A stretch of 64,000 bases of DNA from Fibrobacteria bacterium (lineage in GTDB: Bacteria > Fibrobacterota > Fibrobacteria > UBA11236), in assembly GCA_050486505.1 (NCBI GenBank), contig JBJHDK010000001.1, positions 1 to 64,000 on the forward strand, read 5' to 3'. Below, piece by piece: positions 29,544 to 40,545 of this stretch (the stretch's first letter is position 1; each line of letters opens with the position of its first letter). The notes below the pieces were generated by a model. That model did no database searches, was not told the origin of the DNA, and was given only the letters and a program-made list of their open reading frames with translations. The position numbers and the translations under genes were made by a program.

Positions 29544-32500
29544 ATGTACCTCTCCAAGTTGCGCATTTCCGGGTTCAAATCCTTCGCCAACCGCGTGGAG
29601 GTCAACTTTCCCAGCGAGGGCATCACCTCGGTGGTGGGGCCCAACGGCTGCGGCAAGTCCAACATCATCGACGCCATCCGCTGGGTACTGGGCGAGCAGC
29701 GCGCCCGCGCGCTGCGTTCCTCCAAGATGGAGGATGTGATCTTCTCGGGCACGGCCGAGCGCTCCGCGCAGAACATGGCTGAGGTCAGCCTGCTCATCCA
29801 CAACGACAGCGGCGTGCTGCCCTCCGACTACACCCAGGTGATGATTACCCGCCGCGCCTACCGCAGCGGCGAGAGCGAGTACCTGATCAATAACCAGCCC
29901 TGCCGCCTCAAGGACATCCATAACCTGTTCTACGACACGGGCATGGGCGCGGCCTCATACAGCCTCATCGAGGCGAAGATGATCGACAGCATCCTCTCCG
30001 AAAAGGCGGACGAGAGGCGCACCATGTTCGAGGAGGCCTCGGGCATTTCGAAGTACAAGCAGCAGCGCAAGGAAACCCTGCGCCAGCTCGAGCGCACCGC
30101 GCAGGATCTCGCCCGCGTCGAGGACGGTCTCCGCCACGTGCAGCAGAACGTCAACATGTTCGAGCGCCAGGCGAAAAAGGCCGAGAAGTGGCGAGCCCTG
30201 CGCGACGAGGCGCGCGCGCTGGAACTGAGCTACCAGCACGACTCGTTCATGAGGATTTCCGGGGAACTTGAAGCCCTGCAAACAGGGCTTGCGAAGGACG
30301 AGGGGCACTCGGCCGAACTCGACGCCCGCCGCGCCGCCGAGGAGGCCGCGCTGGAGGAAGAGAAGCTTTCGCTGTTCGCGGAAGAACAGCAGGTCGCGGA
30401 ACTCAGCCGCAAGGCGGCGGGAACCCAGGCCGAGGCGATCCGCCTCGAGGGGGAGTCCGACCGCGCCCGTGACCGCGGCGAGCATTTGCAGGAATCGCTG
30501 CAGCGCCTGCGCACCGAAGACGAGCAGTCGCGCACCCGGCTTGCGGAGATGGCCGGCCAACGCGCGGAGGCCCTGCGTGAATCCGCCGAGGCGGAAGCCT
30601 TCCTCGCCGGTGCTGCGGAGCAAAGCGGGCTCGCCCGCGAGACCGCCGATGCTGCCGCCGCGAAGGTGCAGGAGGCGCGCGCCGAAGCCAACGCCCTGGG
30701 CGAAGAGCGCATGGCCGTGCTTGAGGAGCTTTCCGGAATGAAGCAGCGCCTGGGTGCGGCCGAAGGCGAGTTGCAGCACCTGACCGGCAGCGAAGATGAA
30801 TGGGCGGGGGAGCGCGACGCGCGCACCGAAGGGCTCGTCGAGCAGCGCCGCTTGCGCGACGAAGCCGCGGCCGCACTGGCCGCGGCCGAATCGGAGACGC
30901 ATGTCGCCGCGGAGGAATCGGAGAGGGTGGCCGCGGGGCTTGAAGAGGCCTCGCGCGCGCTTGAAGCCGCTCGTGGCCGGGCGCAGGAACTCGGCCGCGA
31001 GTTGGCGGTGCTCGAATCCCGCCGCGAACTTCTCGCCGGGCTCGAGGCGGCGGGCGAAGGCATGGATGCAGGGGTCAAGCACCTGCTTCACGATGCCCGG
31101 GATCGCATGCAAGGCCTGCTCATCGACGTGCTTGAGGTTCCCGAGGATCTCTCGACTGCCGTGGAGCGCGCGCTCGGAAAGTCGTTGCAAGTCGTGCTCG
31201 TCAAGGACAGGGGGATGGGGGTCGAGCTGTTGTCTGCCCTGCGTGACGGTCGCAAGGGGGAGGCCGTGTTCGGGCTTCCCGGTTTTGGGGGCAGGTCCGC
31301 GGCTCGCCCCGACCTTTCAGGGCGTCCCGGTTTCCGCGGGTGGTTGTCCGACCGGGTCAAAGGCCCCGCCGAGTGGGCAGGGGTGCTCGACTGGGCACTC
31401 GGCCGTCATGCCTTGGTCGATTCGCTCGACGCGGCATTCGCGCTTGCCGAGTCAGTTCCCGGTGATAACCTCTGGTTTTGGACTCCCGACGGCTCGGCCG
31501 TGCATTCCGCGGGTGCTCTCTTCGGCGGTGCGACGGGCGATGCCAACGCCGCCGAGGCGGACAAGGCCGGGCTGCTGCAGCGCAAAGCGCAGCTTCAGGA
31601 AATCGTTGTGCGGGTGGAGGGGCTTCGCGCGGAATCCGCTGCTGCGGGAGCGGAAACCGAAACGCTGCAGCAACGACGCACGGCGCTGCAGGCGGAAGCC
31701 GAGGACCTCCGCCTGTGTGCCCGCGATGCCGAGCGGCGCGTCCACGAGGCGCGTGCGAAGGTGCAACTCAGCGAGAGCCGGGCCGAGAACCTCGACCGCG
31801 AGGTGGTCCAGTACCGCCTCAAGCTTGAGTCGCTGGGTGACCGCAAACGCCAGTTGCAGGAGTCCGTGGAGCGCCTCCGCGCCGAGTGGACGCAAGCCGA
31901 CGAGGAGCGTCTTGCGCTCGAGTCGCGCTACCAAAGGGCCCTTGAGGGCGTGCAGGATCTCGAGGCTGAACACCGTCGCCTCGACCAGGAGTGGCGGGCC
32001 GTCGATCAGGAACGTGCCGAGCGCGAAGCACGCCTCAAGGCGGCGCGCGCGCGCCTCGAGTACCTCGACACGGCCGAAGCCGAGCTGAAGGCGGCGTTGG
32101 AGCGCTCTGCCGCGCAGGCGGAAGACTGGGAGTCGCAGATTCGCATGCTGCGCGAGAAGGCCGCAAGCCTTGGAGACGACATGGGCGGATTGCACGAACG
32201 CCTCGCCGCCGAGGAGCGGGAGCGCGACGCGGTGAAGTCGGTGTACGATTCCAAGGTCGCGCGCCTCGAGGAACGGCGCACCCTGCTCCGCCGTCTCCAG
32301 GACGACTTGCGCGAAGTCACCGACGCGGCGCACAAGCGCTCGCTGCGCATGGAGCAGGCGCGCGCCGCCCTGCAAAACATCCGCGAGCGCATGTTCGAGG
32401 CGCACGAGGTCGACTTCGGCGCGGACGAGGTGTCCTTCGAGCGAGTCGAGTACGACGCCGACGCGGCACCGCAGCAAATCGCCGAGCTCAAGGAAAAGCT

Positions 32501-33122
32501 GCGGGGATTGGGCAACATCAACACCGGCGCCCTCGAGGACTACGAGACGGAGAAGGCGCGCCTCGAGGAGGTGCAGAAACAGTTCGACGACCTCGACCGC
32601 GCCCGGCAGGGGCTCGACCGCGCCATCAAGAAACTCGACAAGGCCGCGCGCGAGCAGTTCCTCGCCACCTTCGCGATCGTCCAGAAAAACTTCCAGGAAG
32701 TGTTCTCGTCCCTTTTCGAAGGGGGCGAGGCCCAGCTTCATCTCGAGGAGAACGTGGATCCCCTCGACGCGAAGATCGAGATCAACGCGCGTCCCACCGG
32801 GAAGAAGATGCGGGGGGTCTCCCTGCTTTCCGGCGGTGAGCGGGCTCTCACTGCCATCTCGCTGCTCTTTGCGCTCTACCTCGTGCGTCCGTCGCCTTAC
32901 TGCATCATGGACGAGGTCGACGGTCCGCTCGACGACGCCAACATCGGGCGCTTCGTCAACCTGCTGCGGCGCTTCAGCCACCAGACGCAGTTCATCGTGG
33001 TGACGCACAACAAGCGCACCATGGCGGCCTCCGACATGCTCTACGGCGTGACGCAGGAGATCAAGGGCATCTCCAAGATGGTCGCGGTGCAGCTCGACGA
33101 AGCGGCAAGAATCGCGGCTTGA
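29544..33122 (+). CDS. smc: Chromosome segregation protein SMC
   Basis: GFKSF, GPNGCGKSN, coiled coils, hinge, LLSGGE, IMDEVD, VTHNK. Confidence 0.98.
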   Translation: MYLSKLRISGFKSFANRVEVNFPSEGITSVVGPNGCGKSNIIDAIRWVLGEQRARALRSSKMEDVIFSGTAERSAQNMAEVSLLIHNDSGVLPSDYTQVMITRRAYRSGESEYLINNQPCRLKDIHNLFYDTGMGAASYSLIEAKMIDSILSEKADERRTMFEEASGISKYKQQRKETLRQLERTAQDLARVEDGLRHVQQNVNMFERQAKKAEKWRALRDEARALELSYQHDSFMRISGELEALQTGLAKDEGHSAELDARRAAEEAALEEEKLSLFAEEQQVAELSRKAAGTQAEAIRLEGESDRARDRGEHLQESLQRLRTEDEQSRTRLAEMAGQRAEALRESAEAEAFLAGAAEQSGLARETADAAAAKVQEARAEANALGEERMAVLEELSGMKQRLGAAEGELQHLTGSEDEWAGERDARTEGLVEQRRLRDEAAAALAAAESETHVAAEESERVAAGLEEASRALEAARGRAQELGRELAVLESRRELLAGLEAAGEGMDAGVKHLLHDARDRMQGLLIDVLEVPEDLSTAVERALGKSLQVVLVKDRGMGVELLSALRDGRKGEAVFGLPGFGGRSAARPDLSGRPGFRGWLSDRVKGPAEWAGVLDWALGRHALVDSLDAAFALAESVPGDNLWFWTPDGSAVHSAGALFGGATGDANAAEADKAGLLQRKAQLQEIVVRVEGLRAESAAAGAETETLQQRRTALQAEAEDLRLCARDAERRVHEARAKVQLSESRAENLDREVVQYRLKLESLGDRKRQLQESVERLRAEWTQADEERLALESRYQRALEGVQDLEAEHRRLDQEWRAVDQERAEREARLKAARARLEYLDTAEAELKAALERSAAQAEDWESQIRMLREKAASLGDDMGGLHERLAAEERERDAVKSVYDSKVARLEERRTLLRRLQDDLREVTDAAHKRSLRMEQARAALQNIRERMFEAHEVDFGADEVSFERVEYDADAAPQQIAELKEKLRGLGNINTGALEDYETEKARLEEVQKQFDDLDRARQGLDRAIKKLDKAAREQFLATFAIVQKNFQEVFSSLFEGGEAQLHLEENVDPLDAKIEINARPTGKKMRGVSLLSGGERALTAISLLFALYLVRPSPYCIMDEVDGPLDDANIGRFVNLLRRFSHQTQFIVVTHNKRTMAASDMLYGVTQEIKGISKMVAVQLDEAARIAA

Positions 33123-33314
33123 TTTCCGTTACGGGCAACGCGTCATCGCGGTGCAAGGTTCCCGCGTTATCATCGCGACGCAGTTTTATTCGCTTTGGCG
33201 AACGACGACCTTTTTCTCTCTTTTAACGTTTGTGCTGGGTCAGGATCCGGATAAGTCCACCTGAAAAGTCCTTGCACAGCGCTTCAGTCGTATTCTGAAG
33301 CTTTCCGGAGACGC

Positions 33315-34700
33315 GTGACAGTCATCGACGCGCCAGCGGCGCCGGCAACCGGCGCGTTATCATTTCGTTCCCTCCGGTACGGGGCATCGTACTGCCTCGC
33401 CTTGCTGCTGCGCCCCCACCCGGAAGACCGGAAGCGGGGCCTGCTTCTCGAGGAGGAAGCGCGCGCGGAACGCCTCACCAACCTGATCCGCATCGTCTAC
33501 CTGGCGGCGTGGCTGCTGGTCACAGCCTGGATTGCCCGGACCAACGTGCCCGTCGCCAACCTGATCAATCTGGCGGGTGGAGGCGCATGGATGGCATGTG
33601 CGCTTGCATATCACCTCTGGTTGCTGCGTCGACCTTACCATCCTTCGTTCAAGTATGTGGCCACGATCTTCGACATCGCCGCCGTCACGACGATGATTGT
33701 CGCATACGCATTGATGGGCGGCGGCGCTTTCGCGCTGAAGATGCCCATCAATCTCAACTACTTCTGTTGTCTCGGACTGGTCGCGCTTCGCTTGCATCGG
33801 CGCCTCGCGATTTATGCCGGGACGCTCACGGTGGGAGCGTATCTCGTGGCCTGGTTCGTGATCGCGCGCACGGTCGGATTGACGTACGGTGACGGGGTCG
33901 CGCATGCCGCCACCGACAGCGTGAACGCGAAATATCTGGCCTTCAACACGATTTACCTCGCTGTCTTCGGCTTGCTGGTCTACGCGGCCGCCGTAAACGT
34001 GCGCCGCATGCTGGATTTGCGTGCCGCCGAGGCGCGTCGCGCCCTGCGGGCCCGGGAGCGTGCCGTCATGGCGGCCGGGGTCGCGCACGAAATCCGCAAT
34101 CCGCTGGCGGGGATTCATGGCGCCGCGCGGCTGCTTCGCGACGCAGACGGCGCAGATTCCCGGCTTGCCGCCATGATTCTCGAGGACTCCGAGCGCCTCA
34201 ACGGTGTCGTGGAGGGGTTCCTGCGTTTCTCCAGGCCTTTTCCTCTGCGTCCTCGTGTGACGGACGTCGCGGCGCTCGTCCGTGATTTTTGCCGGAGCGA
34301 GAGCATGCTGTTTCCGGACGTCCCGCTGGCATGTCGGCCCGGAGAGCGGAGCCTTCCCGTCCGGACCGATCCCGAGGCGGTACGCCAGATTCTGTCGAAC
34401 CTCGTGCGCAATGCAAGGAAGGTGCAACCATCCGGTCGCGCGTTGCGTCTGAGTATGGAGGCGGAGCGCGGAATCGTGCTTGTCCACGTTGAGGACGAGG
34501 GGCCCGGGATTGCTCCAAACCGCATGGAAGATCTTTTCGAGCCGTTCCGCACGGGGACGACCGACGGAACAGGGGTGGGGTTGGCGCTTTCGCGCAAGAT
34601 CGCCCGGGAACTGGGCGGGGACCTGACGTATGTTCCCCTGCATCCGGGCAGCCGCTTCACATTGCGGCTGCAGGATCATGACGGAAGGGACGTTCCCTGA
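33315..34700 (+). CDS. Membrane-bound sensor histidine kinase
   Basis: Multi-TM N-terminus; AHEIRNPL, NLVRNA, DEGPGI, GTGVGL. Confidence 0.9.
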   Translation: MTVIDAPAAPATGALSFRSLRYGASYCLALLLRPHPEDRKRGLLLEEEARAERLTNLIRIVYLAAWLLVTAWIARTNVPVANLINLAGGGAWMACALAYHLWLLRRPYHPSFKYVATIFDIAAVTTMIVAYALMGGGAFALKMPINLNYFCCLGLVALRLHRRLAIYAGTLTVGAYLVAWFVIARTVGLTYGDGVAHAATDSVNAKYLAFNTIYLAVFGLLVYAAAVNVRRMLDLRAAEARRALRARERAVMAAGVAHEIRNPLAGIHGAARLLRDADGADSRLAAMILEDSERLNGVVEGFLRFSRPFPLRPRVTDVAALVRDFCRSESMLFPDVPLACRPGERSLPVRTDPEAVRQILSNLVRNARKVQPSGRALRLSMEAERGIVLVHVEDEGPGIAPNRMEDLFEPFRTGTTDGTGVGLALSRKIARELGGDLTYVPLHPGSRFTLRLQDHDGRDVP

Positions 34701-36037
34701 TGCGCATGCCGATATCCGCATCTTCGCCTGCGACCGTGCTTGTGGTCGACGATGAGGCGCATGTCCGTGAGGTCACCGCCATGGCCCTGAAGCACTCGGG
34801 ACACAGTGTCGTTTCCGCTGCGGGCGCGGAGCAGGCAATGGAGATCCTGCGTGAGGAAAACATTGATGTGATCATCAGTGATGTGCGCATGCCGGGCCTC
34901 GACGGCATCGAGTTCCTTCGACGCGTGCGCGAAGAACAACCTGGGATCCGCTTCGTCGTCATGACGGCGCACGGAACCCTCGATGTCGCCGTGCGCGCGC
35001 TGCGGCACGGCGCGGATGATTTCCTCACGAAGCCGTTCGATCACGATGCCCTGCGCGACATCGTGCGGCGATTGTTGCGGGAAGTCCCCCGGCGACCCGC
35101 CCCCGTTCGCCCCGGCGGAGCCCCTGCCGAAGCTCCGCTGGGGGAGAGCCCCCCATTCGTCTCCTGCCTCGACATCGTGCGCAAGGCAGCCCGCACCGAC
35201 GCCACCGTGCTCATCACCGGCGAAACCGGCTCGGGCAAAGAGGTGATCGCCCGGCACCTGCACGCCCTGTCGCCTCGCGCCGCCGGGCCTTTCATTGCGG
35301 TCAACTGCGGCGCCATTCCCGAGAACCTGATCGAGGCCGAGCTCTTCGGTTACGTGCGGGGGGCCTTCTCCGGCGCCATTTCGGATCGGCCGGGCAAGCT
35401 CGCCCTCGCCGACGGCGGCACGCTCTTCCTCGACGAGGTCGGCGAAATGCCACCGGCCATGCAGGTCAAGCTCCTGCGCGTGCTGCAGGAACGCGTGCTC
35501 GAACCCGTCGGGGGGATCATGAGCATGCGCGCCGATTTTCGCCTCGTGGCCGCGACGCATCGTGACCTGCGCGCCGAGGTCGCCTCCGGGCGTTTCCGCG
35601 AGGATCTCTGGTTCCGTCTGCACGTCATCCCGGTGGCCGTGCCTCCCCTGCGCGATCGCGGCGACGATGTGCTGCTGCTTGCCCGTCGCTTCCTTGCCGG
35701 GTGGAATGCCCACTACGGGACGGTGCATGCCCTTTCACCCGGCGATGCCGAGCTTCTGCGCACGTACGCGTGGCCGGGCAACGTGCGCGAGCTGGCCAAT
35801 TCAGTCGAGCGTGCGGTGGTACTGGCCGGGGATGCCGGTCTGGCGTGGGATCTCGGTGGGGGCGGGGGGCCGGATGCGGTCGACCCTTCCGTTCGGGGAT
35901 GTCGCCGCGCCGCGGAACGGGAGGCCATCGTGGCGGCGCTCGAGTCCTGTCGCTGGAACAAGACCCGCGCGGCGGAGGTGCTGGGCATCTCGCGCCGCAG
36001 CCTGCTTTACAAGGTGAAGGAGTACGGGATCAGTTAA
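34700..36037 (+). CDS. Sigma-54-dependent response regulator
   Basis: [36 protein letters not shown]. Confidence 0.95.
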   Translation: MRMPISASSPATVLVVDDEAHVREVTAMALKHSGHSVVSAAGAEQAMEILREENIDVIISDVRMPGLDGIEFLRRVREEQPGIRFVVMTAHGTLDVAVRALRHGADDFLTKPFDHDALRDIVRRLLREVPRRPAPVRPGGAPAEAPLGESPPFVSCLDIVRKAARTDATVLITGETGSGKEVIARHLHALSPRAAGPFIAVNCGAIPENLIEAELFGYVRGAFSGAISDRPGKLALADGGTLFLDEVGEMPPAMQVKLLRVLQERVLEPVGGIMSMRADFRLVAATHRDLRAEVASGRFREDLWFRLHVIPVAVPPLRDRGDDVLLLARRFLAGWNAHYGTVHALSPGDAELLRTYAWPGNVRELANSVERAVVLAGDAGLAWDLGGGGGPDAVDPSVRGCRRAAEREAIVAALESCRWNKTRAAEVLGISRRSLLYKVKEYGIS

Positions 36038-36180
36038 GAATTGAGAATTAAGAATTGAGAATGATGGGGGTGTCCCGATAACGGAGGTCGGTGATTTACG
36101 CGCACAACACCCGTAGACGCTTCACGCAAATACAGTCCTTGCGTTCAATTCTTAATTCTCAATTCCCAATTCGTAATTAA
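36034..36180. repeat. Mini-element: inverted heptamer arms (TTAAGAA/TTGAGAA) around an ~80-bp core
   Basis: Left arm ttaagaattgagaattaagaattgagaa; right arm ttcaattcttaattctcaattcccaattcgtaa; core homologous to that at 63133-63290. Confidence 0.75.
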
Positions 36181-36191
36181 CGAAGCCGCTC

Positions 36192-36950
36192 CTACGAAGC
36201 TTCTTGCTCGTGCAACGCCGGCACGTCGTCCTCGCGCCAGACGAGCAGGCTGCCGCAGCTTTCGCAGGTGAGCAGCTGGCGGCGCTTCGAGACCTCGATC
36301 ACCCGCTGCGCCGTCTGGTTGCGGCTGCATACGTCGCAGGCGCGGTGGACGTGGTTCACCGCCGCGATGATGTTCGGTGTGCCGCGCCTCTCGCGCATGC
36401 GGTCATAAAACGACAGGGTCTTCTTGCTGATTTTCGAGCGCGGCTCCTCGCCCTTGCGGGCTTCCCCGGCGATGCGGTCCTCGATGCCGTTGAGCTCGGT
36501 GGTGAGCGTGTCGAGTTCGGGACCGACCTCCTCGCGCACCTTCGCGAGGGAAGCTTCAGCCTCCTCGACGTCCTTGCCGAGGTTCTCGAGAACCTGCTGA
36601 AAATGCAGCACCTGGGCTTGGGCCGTATCGATGCTTTTCTTGTGCGCGGCGATCTCGAGATGCACGGCATCGTACTCGCGGTTCGTGCTGATGTTGGTGA
36701 GCCGCTTCTCGCTTTCCTCCAGCGCAGCCGTTTCGGTGGCCACCGCTTCCTGGTTCGATCGGATCAACCCTTCGGTGCGGGTGATCTCATCGCGCAAGGC
36801 CTGCACGGCCGTCTCCTCGTCGGAGATTCGCTGCTGCAGGGCCTCGATGCGCTGGGGGAGATCCCTGCGCGTCTGCTGGAGCTCAAAGACCTTCTTGTCC
36901 ACTGCGGAGAGGCTCAGAAGGTTTTGCAAATCTTCTTCGATTGTAACCAT
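36192..36950 (-). CDS. Coiled-coil C4-type zinc-ribbon protein (DUF164/CT398-like)
   Basis: Long coiled coil, NREYDA, CDVC...CESC. Confidence 0.88.
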   Translation of the reverse strand: MVTIEEDLQNLLSLSAVDKKVFELQQTRRDLPQRIEALQQRISDEETAVQALRDEITRTEGLIRSNQEAVATETAALEESEKRLTNISTNREYDAVHLEIAAHKKSIDTAQAQVLHFQQVLENLGKDVEEAEASLAKVREEVGPELDTLTTELNGIEDRIAGEARKGEEPRSKISKKTLSFYDRMRERRGTPNIIAAVNHVHRACDVCSRNQTAQRVIEVSKRRQLLTCESCGSLLVWREDDVPALHEQEAS

Positions 36951-37110
36951 TGCGATACCCGGGGGTTCGGCACCCCGAGGCCGGCCATGGTGCTCCCTGG
37001 AGGGGGGCGGCGTGGTGTCCGGATTCAGGTTGCCATGAAAAAAAACGTCCCGTACCCCGAAAATCGGGGCCGGAACCGGACGCCCAAACTAACTAGAACG
37101 GCAAGGGATT

Positions 37111-37689
37111 TCAACGCGCCGGAGAATCGGCCCTGCGGTTGTACCGCGTGGCGGCCAAATCCCACCCCTGCCGGAACCCTGTCCGCAAAAGATCGGGGAA
37201 ATCGGAGAGAAGGGGGGCGAGAGCGGCCTGTTCGTCCCCGTTGAGCCGTGAAAGCACGAACCCCGAGAGGTCGCGTCCCGGCGGGCAGAGCCCGACCCCG
37301 ACGCGAATCCGGGGGAACCCCTCGCCGATGCGCGCGATGATGTCGCGCAGGCCGTTGTGGCCTCCGTGGCCGCCCGACGGGCGGATGCGCACCGACCCGA
37401 GCGGCAGGGTGACGTCGTCAGTCACTACCGCCACCTCGGATGGGGGGATTTTGTGGAAGGTCATCAGGGCCTGCACCGCCTCGCCGCTGAGGTTCATGTA
37501 GGTCTGCGGCTTGGCGATCCAGAGGGTTTCATTGCCGAGGGTGGCCCTGCAAACCAGGGCCTTTCCCTTCTCCCTCCATGCGTCGGCTCCCAAGGCACGA
37601 GCGGCGGCGTCCGCCAAGGCGAAGCCGACGTTGTGCCGCGTGGAGTCGTACTTGGGACCGGGGTTTCCCAGCCCCGCGAGGAGGGGCAT
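37111..37689 (-). CDS. pth: Peptidyl-tRNA hydrolase
   Basis: GLGNPG, TRHNVGF, KPQTYMNLSG, GGHNGL. Confidence 0.97.
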   Translation of the reverse strand: MPLLAGLGNPGPKYDSTRHNVGFALADAAARALGADAWREKGKALVCRATLGNETLWIAKPQTYMNLSGEAVQALMTFHKIPPSEVAVVTDDVTLPLGSVRIRPSGGHGGHNGLRDIIARIGEGFPRIRVGVGLCPPGRDLSGFVLSRLNGDEQAALAPLLSDFPDLLRTGFRQGWDLAATRYNRRADSPAR

Positions 37690-37696
37690 GGCGCGC

Positions 37697-38317
37697 TTAC
37701 TTCTTTGCGGCCTCGGCCTTTTCGCCGCCCTTGGCATCCTTGGCGTCCTTGCCTTCTTCGGCCTTGGCGCCGCGCACCTGGCTGATGCCGAAGAGAGCGG
37801 TTTTTGGGGGGGTGATGAAGGTTCCCTTGTCGAACTTCAGGTCCGCGACGTAGAAGGTCTTTCCTGCTTCCATGTCGGAGATGTCGATGGTGAAGTTCTC
37901 GGGAATGTCGGCCAGCTTCGCGCGCAGCCTGACGAACTTCTTGGCCACCTTGAACACGCCACCCTGGTTCTTGACGCCCGTGGCGATGCCGACCGTGGAA
38001 ACGGGGACGACGGCCACCACCGGGCGGGATTCGTCCACGCGCAGGAAGTCGACATGCAGGTAGGTGCCCTTGATCGGATCGCGGTCGACCTGCTTGAGCA
38101 GAACGCGCTGCGCCTCGCCCTCAAGGTCGAGTGCGATGATGACGTTGCGGTGTGCGAGCATGGGACGCAGATCACGGGCCGACACCTCGAGGGTCTGGGG
38201 CTCGCCCTTCAGGCCGTACACGACACCGGGCACCTTGCCTTCGCGGCGGAGGGAGTTGAGAAGGCCCTTGGAGCCCTGGGGGCGCTTGCGTGCGCTGAGT
38301 GAAAATTCCTGAGACAT
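37697..38317 (-). CDS. rplY: 50S ribosomal protein L25/Ctc
   Basis: LRREGKVPGVVYG, HVDF, GVKNQGG. Confidence 0.95.
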   Translation of the reverse strand: MSQEFSLSARKRPQGSKGLLNSLRREGKVPGVVYGLKGEPQTLEVSARDLRPMLAHRNVIIALDLEGEAQRVLLKQVDRDPIKGTYLHVDFLRVDESRPVVAVVPVSTVGIATGVKNQGGVFKVAKKFVRLRAKLADIPENFTIDISDMEAGKTFYVADLKFDKGTFITPPKTALFGISQVRGAKAEEGKDAKDAKGGEKAEAAKK

Positions 38318-38414
38318 GATCCGTTCCTCGCGCGGTACAACATGCCGGCGCATGCCTTCCCGTAAAAATTGGTGTGTGGCCCCGGAAAAATCCCGCAGGC
38401 CGCCGGAAGTCGGA

Positions 38415-38489
38415 TGGTTGGGGCGGCAGGATTCGAACCTACGAATGACGGATCCAAAAACCGTTGTCTTACCACTTGACGACGCCCCA
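38415..38489 (-). tRNA. tRNA-Gln(TTG)
   Basis: TGGGGCGTCGTCAAGTGGTAAGAC, anticodon loop TTTTGGA, GGTTCGAATCC, CCA; usual position after ispE. Confidence 0.95.
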
Positions 38490-38510
38490 ACGGCACCGAG
38501 GGGGCCAAAC

Positions 38511-39401
38511 TTAGAAAAACCCGGCCTTGTCCCAAAAGGTCGTGCGCACCGAGAAACGGCATGACGGGGCCACTGCCTGCAGCGCCTCGTCCGCGCGCAC
38601 GGAACCTTCGAACAGCGCGAAGACGCTGGCGCCGCTGCCGCTCAAGAGCACCCTGACCGGATCGAAGTCCCGCAGGGCGCTGTGCACGTCCCGGATTTCA
38701 CGGAAACGCGCCAGCACGGGCTCCTCGAAATCGTTGTGCAGGCTCTTGAAAAACGCCGGATCCTGGGCCTTTTCGGCATATTCGTCCCGAAACCGTGGCC
38801 AGCGCGGCGGCGTTGCGCGCGGGGTGCCGGGGGCATACCCCAGTTCGCGGTAGGCCCAGGGCGTTTCGACATGGCAGCGGGGCGTGGCCACCACCACATG
38901 GAAGGGATGGGGGGCCGGCGCGGGCGCGAGCCGCTCTCCCCGCCCTTCGGCGAAGGCGGTCGGAGTCGAGAGAAAGAACGGCACGTCCGATCCCAGTTCC
39001 GCTCCCATCGCCCGCAGCTCTTCGGCGGGGGTTCCGAGTTGCCACACCGCGTCGGCCAGGCGCAGTGCGGCGGCGGCGTCGGAGCTTCCTCCCCCGAGTC
39101 CGCCGCCGGCGGGCAGCCGCTTGCGCAGGGCGAAGCGGATGCCCGCCCCCGCCGGAAGGCGGGCCGCGCTGCGCTCCTTGAGCAGCATGGCCGCGCGCAC
39201 GACGAGGTTGTCCGCGAGGGTTTCCGTGAGGCCTTCCGCGCCCTCGAGCGCGATGGAATCCCACGGCTCCGCCGACAGCGAGTCCCCGACCTCGAGCGCC
39301 TGGAACAAGGTCCCCAGGTCGTGGAAGCCGTCAGGGCGACGCCCCTGAACTTCAAGGAAGAGATTGATCTTGGCAGGGCAGGGAAGCGATAGCGGAGGCA
39401 T
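38511..39401 (-). CDS. ispE: 4-diphosphocytidyl-2-C-methyl-D-erythritol kinase
   Basis: PAKINLFL, GGLGGGSSDAAA, LGSDVPFF, LSGSGAS. Confidence 0.97.
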   Translation of the reverse strand: MPPLSLPCPAKINLFLEVQGRRPDGFHDLGTLFQALEVGDSLSAEPWDSIALEGAEGLTETLADNLVVRAAMLLKERSAARLPAGAGIRFALRKRLPAGGGLGGGSSDAAAALRLADAVWQLGTPAEELRAMGAELGSDVPFFLSTPTAFAEGRGERLAPAPAPHPFHVVVATPRCHVETPWAYRELGYAPGTPRATPPRWPRFRDEYAEKAQDPAFFKSLHNDFEEPVLARFREIRDVHSALRDFDPVRVLLSGSGASVFALFEGSVRADEALQAVAPSCRFSVRTTFWDKAGFF

Positions 39402-39410
39402 GGCGAAGGA

Positions 39411-39580
39411 AGTTATGAATTATGAGTTATGAGTTATGAGTTGGGGGCTGGTGGTTGCAAAATCCGGATTTCATGACTGTTACCGGTGCTGTCCTGAATC
39501 ATGATATCCCAATCAGGACGCGACCCGGTTCCCCCAGACTCATAACTCATCACTCATGACTCATAACTCGTTTCTTAATT
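39411..39580. repeat. Inverted heptamer arms (TTATGAG / CTCATAA) around an ~95-bp core
   Basis: agttatgaattatgagttatgagttatgag ... actcataactcatcactcatgactcataactc. Confidence 0.75.
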
Positions 39581-39587
39581 TTCTCCG

Positions 39588-40517
39588 ATGTCCGACTCTT
39601 CGAAACACCTCCTCAATCTCGTCGACCAGCCCACGGCTCTCGTGCGGCGACTGGTCGATGATGCCGTGCGTCTGCGCGCGGAATTCCGGGCGAACGGCCC
39701 GACCGATGCCCTGAAGGGCCGCACCGCCGCCTTGTTTTTCGAGAAGCCCAGCCTGCGCACCCGCGTCACCTTCGAGGTGGCGATGATCCAGACGGGGGGC
39801 GCGGCCATCGTGCTTGATCCGTCTTCGGTGTCGCTGGGCAAGCGCGAGACCGTGCATGACGCGGCCAAGAACCTGTCGCGCTGGGTCGACTGCATCGTCG
39901 CGCGTACGTTCACGCAGCGATTGGTCGACGAACTGGCGCACCACGCTTCGGTTCCCGTGATCAACGCGTTGACCGACGAGGAACACCCGTGTCAGGCGCT
40001 CGCCTTCGGCGAGATGCTGCACGAGCGGCGCGGGTCCCTCGAGGGCGCGCGCGTGGCCTTTGTGGGCGACGGCAACAACGTGGCGAACAGCCTCGCCGCG
40101 CTGGCGGGGCATTGCGGAATGCATTTCACGCTCGCCTGTCCCGAAAGCTTCGAGCAGCCCGCGCCGTTCATCGAAAAGGTGGAAGCGCTGTGCCGCACGA
40201 CCGGCGGCAGTTACCGTCAGGTGCGCGACCCGCGCGAGGCCGTGAGCGACGCCGACATCATCTACACCGACGTGTGGGTGAGCATGGGTGAAGAGGAGCA
40301 TGGCGCGGAGAAGGCGCTGCTTTTCAAGGATTACCAGGTGAACATGGAGCTGCTGACCGCGGCGCCGGAGCATTGCGTGGTGACCCACTGTCTTCCGGCG
40401 CATCCGGGAGAAGAGATCACGCAGGAGGTGATGGATTCACCGCGCTACGTCGCATTCGACGAGGCCGAAAACCGGCTGCACGCCCAAAAGGCCGTGCTCC
40501 TGCACCTGCTGTCCTGA
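39588..40517 (+). CDS. argF: Ornithine carbamoyltransferase
   Basis: FEKPSLRT, HPCQ, GDGNNV, DVWVSMG, HCLPAH, EAENRLH. Confidence 0.94.
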   Translation: MSDSSKHLLNLVDQPTALVRRLVDDAVRLRAEFRANGPTDALKGRTAALFFEKPSLRTRVTFEVAMIQTGGAAIVLDPSSVSLGKRETVHDAAKNLSRWVDCIVARTFTQRLVDELAHHASVPVINALTDEEHPCQALAFGEMLHERRGSLEGARVAFVGDGNNVANSLAALAGHCGMHFTLACPESFEQPAPFIEKVEALCRTTGGSYRQVRDPREAVSDADIIYTDVWVSMGEEEHGAEKALLFKDYQVNMELLTAAPEHCVVTHCLPAHPGEEITQEVMDSPRYVAFDEAENRLHAQKAVLLHLLS

Positions 40518-40545
40518 GCGCGGGCACACCGCCGGATCTGCACTG

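Noticed and set aside
36040..37110. RNase P RNA next to the zinc-ribbon gene
   Set aside because: No GAGGAAAGTCC signature seen, and the flanking intergenic regions are too short.
39588..40517. N-acetyl/N-succinylornithine transcarbamylase, suggested by the SLRT motif
   Set aside because: It retains the SMG loop, HPCQ and HCLPAH of ordinary OTCase.
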